A DNA stretch of 64,000 nucleotides from Azolla caroliniana (taxonomy: Eukaryota > Plantae > Polypodiophyta). The notes beneath the pieces are model-generated. The model had not been told where the DNA came from. It saw only the letters and a program-made list of their open reading frames with translations, and searched no databases. Position numbers and translations under genes: made by a program. This document shows positions 13,322 to 23,232 of this stretch, piece after piece. Every line of letters starts with the position of its first letter. The first letter of the stretch is position 1. The stretch is taken from the NCBI GenBank assembly GCA_043228905.1, contig JBHGNT010000005.1:1364001-1428000 (forward strand), given 5' to 3'.

Positions 13322-14821
13322 TTAATTAGGTCCTCTGCTTCTATCTCTTATAACAGCTTTCAAAGGGTTCTTCATGATCCATGCAAACTCGAACTTCTCA
13401 GAAAGATCGACAATCTCTCCGGGATGACTTGTGCACCACTTGAATTCTTGGACCATACGAGCAATGAACAACTGCAAATGAATGGTGGCAACCCCTAATC
13501 CCGGGCATATCCGCCGTCCCACGCTGAAGGGTAACATGGTGATCTTGTTTGTCCCAGTTAGGTCCACATCTCGGGACAACATTCTCTCTGGTCGGTATTC
13601 TAAGGGCTCATCCCAAATCTCGGGATCCCTCGAGATGGCCGTGACCGAGAAGTATACTGGCATGCCGGGCATGATGTCGTAGCCTCCCAGCTTGCAAGGT
13701 TGAGAGACAGAATGTGGAAGAGTGACATGGCCAGGTGGGTGTAGCCTTAGGGTTTCTGTAATGGTTGCTTGCAGATAGGGAAGGTTGGGGAGGTCTTCCT
13801 CTCCGATGAGCCGATCTTTATCCCCGATCACTTCACAAATTTCCTCATGAATTTTGGCTTGGATGAGTGGGTTCTCAACAAGGTGAGCCATGGTCCATTC
13901 TATAGTCGCCACCGTGGTGTCTACGCCCCCTACCAAAAACTCAGAGCATAAGGTCACCATCTTGTCCATGGAGAGCTGGGTAGAGGAATCCTCATTCTGC
14001 AACGCAAATAAGGTTTCTAGATAGTTCCCTGGAGTAAGCTCCCCTAGCTTTGCTAGCTTCTGGTGCCGATCGATGAGAGACATGAAGAGTTTCTCCTGCT
14101 TTGCGCGGACGGCGCGTTTCTTTCGCAGCAAGAAGCCATCGAGAAAGTGGAGGACAGGGAAGAAATCTGATGGGGCACTTTTCTGCGAGTAGGACAAGGT
14201 TTCATGGAGCATGGACGAGACATGAGAGATGGTGGAGGCATCTGGGAAGAAGCCGAAGCACATGAAGAGAAGAAGCTCAAACATGGCAGATCTACAGAAT
14301 TCATGGACAGGAACTGGGGCCGAGGCGATAAGGGATTGGCGGAATCGGGCAATCATTCGATCGAGCACCTCATTCCGGGAATGCTTGAAACCCAAGGTAT
14401 TGGACGGTGACAATGTTCCTGATACGAGGTTTCGTCGCATGAAGCGCCAATAGGGACCATCAGAAGAGGAAACGCCATGGAAACTGCTGGTGAAGATCTT
14501 TCTTGAAGGGATTCGAGGGCGGGCCGCGAAGATGGATCCTTTCTGGAGGAGGGCCTCATGAGTAAGGGCGGCGGAGGCAACGAATATGAAGTGAACCCGG
14601 CCAAAGCTGAGGGCAAAAACAGGGCCCAGCTTTTCCTTCTGAGAAGAGATGAAGGAAGAGGACAAGAGGTGAGGGAAGAGGTGAGAGTGTCCAAGGAGGG
14701 GCCAAGAAGGGGGGCTCGGAGGTAGCTTAATTCTTCTGGAAGAGAAAGAAGACCAGGTGATAAGGGCAACAATTAGGATGAGGAGGAGAAGAAGAAGAAG
14801 AAGAAGGGGACTAATCTCCAT
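13322..14821 (-). CDS. Intronless cytochrome P450, CYP71 clan, CYP77/CYP89-like, 499 aa
   Basis: N-terminal membrane anchor, LPPSPPSWP hinge, I-helix EFLVGGVDTT, ETLR (ExxR), YRPERM and heme motif PFSVGRRICPG. The segment DLTGTNKITML before the heme motif and the lack of introns are typical of CYP77/CYP89. Confidence 0.9.
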   Translation of the reverse strand: MEISPLLLLLLLLLILIVALITWSSFSSRRIKLPPSPPSWPLLGHSHLFPHLLSSSFISSQKEKLGPVFALSFGRVHFIFVASAALTHEALLQKGSIFAARPRIPSRKIFTSSFHGVSSSDGPYWRFMRRNLVSGTLSPSNTLGFKHSRNEVLDRMIARFRQSLIASAPVPVHEFCRSAMFELLLFMCFGFFPDASTISHVSSMLHETLSYSQKSAPSDFFPVLHFLDGFLLRKKRAVRAKQEKLFMSLIDRHQKLAKLGELTPGNYLETLFALQNEDSSTQLSMDKMVTLCSEFLVGGVDTTVATIEWTMAHLVENPLIQAKIHEEICEVIGDKDRLIGEEDLPNLPYLQATITETLRLHPPGHVTLPHSVSQPCKLGGYDIMPGMPVYFSVTAISRDPEIWDEPLEYRPERMLSRDVDLTGTNKITMLPFSVGRRICPGLGVATIHLQLFIARMVQEFKWCTSHPGEIVDLSEKFEFAWIMKNPLKAVIRDRSRGPN

Positions 14822-14825
14822 AGCT

Positions 14826-14921
14826 TCCTCTGTCTCTGTCTCTGTCTCTCTCTCTGATGATGATGATGATGATGATGATGAAGGGTATTCTAAAACAGAG
14901 CTCTCTCTCTCTCTGTATCTC

Positions 14922-14971
<50 letters not shown>

Positions 14972-15030
14972 GGTACTCTAAAACAGGGGTCTCTGGATGA
15001 TGGAGGGTCTCCTAAAACAGAGCTCTCTCT
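14826..15030. repeat. Compound (CT)n/(GAT)n array with three copies of a GGGTxxTCTAAAACAG unit, upstream of the P450
   Basis: gggtattctaaaacagagctctc, gggtactctaaaacaggggtctc and gggtctcctaaaacagagctctc, each preceded by (gat)n. Confidence 0.85.
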
Positions 15031-15751
15031 ATGTATGTACTTTAGTCTATGTACATATATGAAATACATAGATATAGATCATTAGATGCATAGAATGAAT
15101 GAATGAATGATATTGGGAGGCTTTTTTTGTCAAAAAAAGGAGTGTGTGCTCTTGGAACACACGACACTCCATATTCATTCATTCTAAGGATTTCATTCGA
15201 TTTCTAAGGAGCGTAGTTTCGTGGCACAAGCACGAGGATCGACGTCTACATGATATACAAGATCGAACAATATTTGTGTGTTGCCACAACATTTCAAAGG
15301 AGGTGCCTAGAGTTACGAGGAGGAAAGTGTAGACCATGTTGCACCCATGGTCTTTCTAAATCATAAATGGTTATTAAGGGCACGTTTCTAGAAAACGAAT
15401 TTCACCTTTGCACCTTTGAAAACGAATTTCACTGGGCTCTTATCTTTGAGTTTTATACCACATTTGGTGACTCCGAAGAATGATATGAACCTCCATTTAC
15501 AAACTCTAGAGACTACATACAACAAGGCTCTCTTGCAACCCTAGCCTTACAATGTCAAAATAATAAAACAAACATTGAAGTAAAGGCCACGATGTTAAAG
15601 AATGAATGCATTATACACACATAAATCAGTTAAAAATCTAGTCAACGAATAAATAGTTTGTGAGCAATTGGATACAGATCTTGGGACATCCTTTAGCAAG
15701 TAACAAACGCTCATTCAATAACACCAACAATTAGCAGACCTAGGTGAGTTC

Positions 15752-15891
15752 TAACAATTGGCAAATGTTTAAAAATTTTTGAAACTTAAACCAAACCACG
15801 AAACAATTCAAATTAAATCTAACCGAACTAAACCATTAAGCTGCAGTTTCAAGGTTTGGTTCAGTTCAAACCCAACTGTTGCCAATTGCTA
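15752..15891. mobile_element. hAT-type MITE, 140 bp
   Basis: TIRs TAACAATTGGCAA / TTGCCAATTGCTA (12/13 match), 8-bp flanking duplication gtgagttc / gagagttc (7/8) and internal AAACC/GGTTT motifs. Confidence 0.6.
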
Positions 15892-16887
15892 GAGAGTTCG
15901 CCCCCGGAAAATATCTTCAAACCTTATTTGCCATGCTAAATGACAAACACTCCGTGGAGTTCTCAATGGTGCGCTCAACCTGGTGAGATTATTGATCATT
16001 CCAAAAAGTATATCTCCCATAGGAATTCTTTGAAAGCTTTTATCAAGAGATAGAAAGGAAATCATAATCAAGAGTTTCTACTAGTGAAGTATACTTTACT
16101 TTTTACTGAGATGTGCCCATGCCTAGCATGGTGATGTATGTAACAAACATGACGATTAGGTATTTAGATTATATTGCTTCAAAACTTGAGCAAATATATT
16201 TGAAAGCGACACGACACTCCATAGAACTTCTGAGTTGGAGCAGAAAAGAATAAAGAAATTGGGCGGTTGGGTTGATTTCTTTGTTTATGAAAATCACTCT
16301 TTCAAATGATTGTCATCGAATTAAAAACAGAGGAAGAAATATCCACAACTTTAGGATATGTTTCAACCGAAAACAAACTTACAATAAAGAGAGGGGGCCC
16401 TTGGGGGAAGGACCAAAAGGCAAGAGATACAAAGGAACCTCTTTCTTTCTTTCTTTCTTTCTTTCATCATATATAAAGATAGATAGATGGGTAGGTAGGA
16501 TAATAGATGGATGGAGCAAATCGAAGAAAGTAAGTATTATATCATATTTATATATATATATATATTTACTATACAGTTATAGGTGTATATGTATCTATGT
16601 ATCCATATCTATGATGACCCTTCATGCCCGCATTATATATATTATATATATACATGTACATCGTAATACAGATTATGTAAATGTATATATATATATATAT
16701 CATCATCATCATCATCATTTGAGCCTTGACTGGAGAGAGCAGGCTACATAAGCCACTTGTCATCATTTGATTGGAGGAAACCAATCTAACTCTATATGAA
16801 AACCTTCTGTAGAAGATACGAAGGCAGAGTAGTTTGGTTGCTTTTTCTGGTTTTCTTGGGGGGGGGGGGGGGGGGGTTCAACTCTTT

Positions 16888-19800
16888 TTATCTGCATTCT
16901 CTAAGCAAATACAGTGATGGGCTTGGTAGCTCTGCAGAAGTTGCATATATGAGTTGGTTTGCTTCGCCTCTACCTGGAGTTAGAAGGGAGGGTCCATTCC
17001 ACGGTGACAAATCCACCTAAAACATAACCACAATTCATCCACATTTATATATATACAAAGACACAATAAAAATAGAAGTTATAACACAGAAGATCAGAGT
17101 ATACAAATAAACACATAAAAGAAAAAGAGTTAAAACACATGAAAAACAGAGTATATATATACATATATACATATATAATATAAACGTAAGAAGAGAGTTA
17201 AAACACATAAAAGAACAGACCAAAATACCGTTCCTCTATGTGTTTCAAACTAGTCTTTTCTTATAATGTAAATGGCAGACATACCAGAAGAGATCCCGGG
17301 GAGCATAGAGACATATCACCATATTGCTTCTCATTGGCTACAATTCGGTTCTCTTTTCCATCACTTTCTGTTCCACTATGGAACTCGTGTTCAGCTCGTT
17401 CTTCTCCTTCTTCATCTTCAGCTTTTCCAACCCTACCTGACAATATCTGTTCCGCTTCCATGTATGCTGATGCACTATGCTGACTTAAGTGTTGCATCAA
17501 GCTCAGGGCATCAGCCTCATAGTCTCCTCCACCAAAAGGACTTGGCAAGTCCTGTGATATTAGAATGAGAAACAAAGGAAAAACTTGTTATGGGTTAACT
17601 AAAAGAAATCATCGGCTAAAACATATCTTTCCATACCTCTAGCATAGAGCATATTCCCTCTTGTCTTGCAGCTGACATTGGGGATTTCCAACTGATCAAA
17701 GGTGAACATAATGCCCTATGGTAACAATACACCCACATACACATCTCTCTCTGGCTCAAGAGCAATATCATACATGATATGCAAAATCAATATGGCCAAA
17801 ATAGAAAAACATATACAAATATATATATATATATACATAGAGAGAGAGAGGATTAATAAAAAGAAATATGGGGAATGCCAAAGCAAATGAAAGGTAACAC
17901 ATACATGTTAAGGTTATCTAACTCGGCAATGCAGTTGACCCAATCCTGATTCAAGCCACGCAATGATGTTGACATGGTTGATCTCGACATGAGCAACTGC
18001 AAGTCAACTTTCTCAGAAGATCTTGGGACTACAATTGACAAAGATGACCTGGGTGCACCATTCTTTACATTTTCTTGGACACCATTAAAAGACCCTGGAG
18101 GTCGTAGCTGTTGCTCATTGACATCATGTTCCCCAAGCACGTCCAAATCCTCGGTCTGCAATTCATAAGAAAGGAAGCATATTATACAAGCTTTCTTGTA
18201 GTTCATCTTCAATCACACATTTATCATATTTTGACAACTGAGGATGATAAAAACGTTCTTGAAGTTCTCACACACAATTCCATGGGATTCACACTGGTGA
18301 TACCTTCACATCTTTATCTTGGATATTGTCCCTAGGAACTTGCGCAGTTGGTTCTTTCATCTCAGACTCTGGCCCACCATTGGATACTTCCATATTGCAT
18401 AGTACCCCTGTTCTGGAACTGAAGCAATCCTTGTTGACAGACACTCTACAACGAGGCTTAACCATCACTTGAGCTTTGCTTTTCAAACAATAAGAGGGTG
18501 AAACAAGGGTTGGTCGTTCCCCCAACAGCTGTGATCTAGATGACACCAAAGGTGTGGAAGCGCCATTAATCTTGTCGGAAGATGAGGATTCATGTATAGG
18601 AGGACTGTTTCCTTCCCGAGGTCTCTTCCTCACGATAGACGGTGTACTACCAAAGCTTCTTGCTGCAATCCGAAGCACAGCTTGCGGGCTATTTGCAGTA
18701 CCCTCAGTAGAAGAAGGCGAACTCCATGGACTACTTGAGCAATTCACTTGAGAGAGAAGCATTTGCCGAACGCCAAGAGGACTATATGCTTGTTGGATGT
18801 ATCCACTGCTGATCACATCATAGTTATTGAAAGGAAGGTCCATGTTAGGGAACTTGGGAGGTTCATAGAATAGAGCCTCTGCCTCCATTTGATCTATACA
18901 AGGCATATTCATAGTTGAATTTGCCACCTCTTCATGAATGGGCCATTCCATGGGGTTTTCAGTTTTTTCCTTTACTTCAACATTTTCTAATCCGAGGTAA
19001 ACAATTCTTCTTGAGTAATCGTCCAAGAGTATATCTTGCTCATGTTTAACAGATATCTCTCCTTGCATTATCATTGGATCCTTCAACAAAGGGATGTCCA
19101 TGAGCTGGAGACAATCATCAGCATATGCAGGTAAATCAGACATTTTACTAATTTGGTTTTCCTTCTTCCTAGATTTGCAAAGCCCATGTTCAGGACTTGA
19201 AAAATGGGAAGAAGAAGTAACCGGGGAATATGAATGCACTTGCTCTTTGTGTACATTATTGGCTTGAGTTTTTGCTGATGAACCCGTCGGAGATTCAAGT
19301 TGTGTAGACGACTCTATACAATCTAGATTTATTGAACAAAACTCATCCAATGTCCCTATTAGATCATGATTATGATGATTATGCCCATCTATCTCAGAGT
19401 CCATTGCATTGATATTGGACTCATCTGGGGAAGGCTGGATACATGATGCTGTCTCCATGTATTGGTACTGCTGTTTTACTGGAAAGTTCGTTGACGCTCC
19501 TTCTATCATATGTGTCCATGTATGTAGATGGTTCCCTTGTGAAGCTTCCGAATTCTGAGAATGGAATTGTGCCATTTTGGGGTCATTCACATTTCCTTCT
19601 TCTCTTTCATCTCCCAATGTGTTTCTCACATCAAATCGCTTACTCTGGGTTTGCACGTAGTGGCAAGAGTTTTCTGATTGAGTATGGAAACTCGACTTGG
19701 TCCTTTTAGCTAACTCTTTGTCCAATCCAGAGTACCCTTGGTGCAGAAGCTGTATATTATCTGTAGCAAGATTCAGAGCTTGTATATCCATAGCTTCAAT

Positions 19801-21404
19801 TGCCATTGTGGATCCACCAACAGAACCGTATGAATCAAGTTTCTTCTTAATGGAACTATTCCAGTGGTTTTTAATAGCATTATCTGTCCTGAAGAAAGTA
19901 ACCAGATCCCAGTGTATGTATATCAATCCAAGTAGCATTTTTAAATGACATGTATATTATAGTAAGAATAAACGTAGAACATAGTGGTTTTGATTTTAAA
20001 GGTAAACTCTCGCCACATAATGAAATAGTGATAAATAAGAATGAATTGATGACAGAAAATGGATTACCTTCCAGGAAGAAATTTTGCAATTTCAGCCCAC
20101 CGATTACCATAAATTCTATGAGCTTGGACAAGGGCAAGCTCCTCTTGTTGAGTCCATGCCTCCTTCTTTATGTTTGGGTTGAGATGATTATGCCATCTAT
20201 TCAGTCCACAAATGATTATCACGTGTTAACATTTCTTAATCATCTCAATATCATAGCATAACACTTTATTTTCGTTGAAACAGGGTATAGAGCATTTAAA
20301 TGAAATATTTTGAAAGGGAATAATAGACCTTTCTCTACATTGCTTCCCAATACGACCAGGTAATGATTGTGCGATTACCGACCATTTCTTTGCCCCAAAT
20401 TTACCCACAAGTTCTACAATTCTTTCATCCTCCTGTCAGAATTCCATGGTAAGATAGATGGTCACTATTCTTATACCGATTATAGCCTAACCCAAAAATT
20501 CAATTAGCTCCAAATTGAGTTAGATGATAGTGTATACCTCTTTTGTCCATGGCCCCTTCACAAGATCAGGATTTAAAACCTTTTGCCACCGATGCAAACA
20601 TTGCACATCCGTTCGATCCGTGAAATATTCCGCTGAGGAAACACGTCAATATTTGACATGAAGATATATAACATACAGTAAAAGAGATAATTGGAGATTA
20701 TGGTGTAAGTGTTTTCTTATGATCTTCATTGAACATATACGAAAAAGAAATGTTCATACCAATCTTTTTCCAATTCTTTCCATTATAGCATTGCACTGCT
20801 CTCCGAAGGGTCTCATCCTGATCATAGAAAACTATTAGATGGGGGCAATAGCTCAACAGGTAGATATCCTTGTGATGAAAGTTCTCTTATATGGTTTAAC
20901 AAAACATGGTTCTTCAAATTATGTAATAGTGTTCATATAATGATCTTTATTTTGCATGATTCAAAGAGTGATCACATCATGATTCCCGGTGAAATCATAA
21001 CAGTGAACAATGGAATGATATCACCACATATTGAAATATAGAGAAGTACGATGGAAATACCTCTTCTGGTGTCCATCCACCTTTAGCTGACTTCCTTGTG
21101 GGGCCACCAGTACGACTGCAAAGACATTATTCACATTTTCTATCATCAAGTGGTGCACGTGATTTGAAGAACCAAGTAAAATAACAACAGTCATTATCAA
21201 TCATCAAAGAGCGTAGAATGGTGAATGTATATTCATGCGTGTGTATCTGTATGTAATATGTATATGAGTATGTATGGAGACTTGCCCTTTCACTGGAGGT
21301 AAGCTATGAATAGCACTGTCACTACAGTCTGAGAGAGATGAGCATGATTGATCTGGTCTCTTTTCTTCAGATACACAAGATTTCTTCACATTATTTAGTG
21401 ACAT
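16888..21404 (-). CDS. MYB3R: Three-repeat MYB transcription factor (R1R2R3-MYB), long C-terminal form, ~956 aa
   Basis: Coding exons 21404-21286, 21115-21061, 20817-20760, 20632-20538, 20432-20329, 20196-20068, 19888-18304, 18155-17905, 17715-17637, 17551-17285 and 17016-16888, all phase-consistent. Motifs: GRTGGPTRKSAKGGWTPEED, RTDVQCLHRWQKVLNP, GRIGKQCRERWHNHL, GRTDNAIKNHWNS, LFYEPP, YSPLGVRQM, SPQAVLRIAARSFGSTPSIVRKR, WKSP, DALSLMQHLS, SPSLYLLRECR. Confidence 0.95.
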
Positions 21405-22043
21405 TTCCTCCCCCAAGTATGTAAATGAATATATTGCATATCCAGCTCAAGCAACAGTATTCATTCGTCTTCTTCTTCTGTAAGGACTTCACAGCAAAAT
21501 GGAAATCAAAATAGACTTTCAAAAAGGACAAACTTTTGGAAGAATGTGCATCCTTGAAGATGGTTTTTCTTATTGAGCAACAGTAGCGTTTCGATTGTCT
21601 TGCTCTTTTCTTTTGAAAGTTAAGGCTTTGGATGAGATCTTGGCAGACAGATGAAAGCGAGGAGAATGGGGGAGTATGCAGAGGCAGTCGACATGGATGG
21701 ATCTAAGAGGTGAGTGGGTAAAATGTGGTTCCTCTGTGTGTGATCAAGCTTCTCTGTAGAAGAAGAAGAAGAAGAAGAAGAAGAAGAAGAAATCGTTGAG
21801 GTTTTGAAACAGGGGAGGTGGGCGGGCATCATGACTGTATAAAAGGAAAAGGAAGCCCATTATCCATAGCCGCACAGAGAGGACATGAAGAGCCCGTGAG
21901 GTGCGTGAGACGAAGATGAAGGAAGACACTCAAAACAAAATACATCATAATAATAAAAAGAGCCTTTAACAAAAATAAAACAAAAATGTAATTTCATAAA
22001 AAAAAAACCTTTTGTTCCTTCTTCTTCTTCTTCTTTTTTGTTT

Positions 22044-22107
22044 TTCAAATCTCAACGGATCTCCGACCGGCTATCACCGGTTGCGAAGTGGGCTTTTCCG
22101 GTTTGAA
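22044..22107 (-). promoter_or_regulatory. MSA-like (AACGG) and CHR-like (TTTGAA) motifs in the MYB3R promoter
   Basis: TTCAAA 22044-22049, ctcAACGG 22051-22058 and TTTGAA 22102-22107, within a CpG-containing patch. Confidence 0.5.
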
Positions 22108-22234
22108 TAACCTCCCCCAAGTCAACTAAAACCAACATAATTACTAAATTATGTTCTTCTCCTCAACTAACAACAAAACCAACTCCCAATACACACTTAC
22201 TCATAATCAATCAATGAATCTTATCATACACACA

Positions 22235-22279
<45 letters not shown>

Positions 22280-22284
<5 letters not shown>

Positions 22285-22649
22285 TATTGCCTTTCATTAG
22301 GAAAGAAAAAACACTACCATGACTCTAAGTGACAACAACAACAAAGTAGAGAGTAGTTCTAGGGATCTCAATACTACTACAAACTTAATCCCCACCCTCC
22401 ACACCAATTCAAATGTCGAATATGATGACATGTTGACCTTGTAGAGTTGCATCTTTTCATGCTTGAGAGATTATGTGACTTCTCTAACCTTGTCAATTGC
22501 CACAAAAGAAGTCCTTTTAACGTTATAACATATTTTCTCACCCCAACTTGTGAATCAAAAGTAAAGGCACCCCCGCATATTCCAATTGAACCATCGCCCC
22601 TGATACCCTCAATAACTCTAAAATATTATTGAATAAAGATCGATCGATC

Positions 22650-22650
<1 letters not shown>
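22280..22650 (-). mobile_element. 5'-truncated LINE 3' end (same family as 35460-37545), flanked on both sides by (CT)n
   Basis: Collinear with 35461-35800, e.g. shared caattgccacaaaagaagtccttttaac, tattttctcaccccaacttg and acaccaattcaaatg. (CT)n tracts at 22237-22279 and 22652-22681. Confidence 0.8.
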
Positions 22651-22680
<30 letters not shown>

Positions 22681-22685
<5 letters not shown>

Positions 22686-22735
22686 TTAGCTTACCCTAAT
22701 GGTAAGTCGTTTACACTACTATTAGCACTACATAT
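22681..22735 (+). mobile_element. 5' half of a tRNA-like SINE, cut by the copia LTR
   Basis: cataattagcttaccctaatggtaa...tttacacta...ttagca.tacat matches the reverse complement of ~61186-61235. Confidence 0.6.
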
Positions 22736-23232
22736 TGTTGGAGACAAAGGTCGTCAATGCGGAAGATCTGATAGCATTCGATTGGAGTTGAATACCTGCG
22801 TATGACAGTTTGTAGATCGTGCACCGAGATGGAGAGAGAGAGAGAGAGAGAGGCACAAGAAGACTCTTTATTCCAATAGACAAGAATAATACAACCAACC
22901 TTACAAAAGGGTTACAAGGTCACTATATATAGTGACCGACTTAGGGCAACTACCATTTATGCTAATTACACAAATGGCCCAGACTTGATCTATAGGAAGG
23001 GATAGTGTGAATACGTCCATTATACACTTGTATTCGACACTCCCCCGTAATGGGCGTATACATGGGTTATCTAAGATTACAGGTATAAACCTAGGTTCTC
23101 GGACATATCAGTTTTGTTCGAGTCGGCAGGGTCCGAAGGCAGAAGACCGAACTGGTCGGGTCGGAAGAGTTGAAGCCGATCGTTAAGGAACTGATGCCGG
23201 TTGTCGGAAACCATCCTGCGTTGCGTCCGGCT

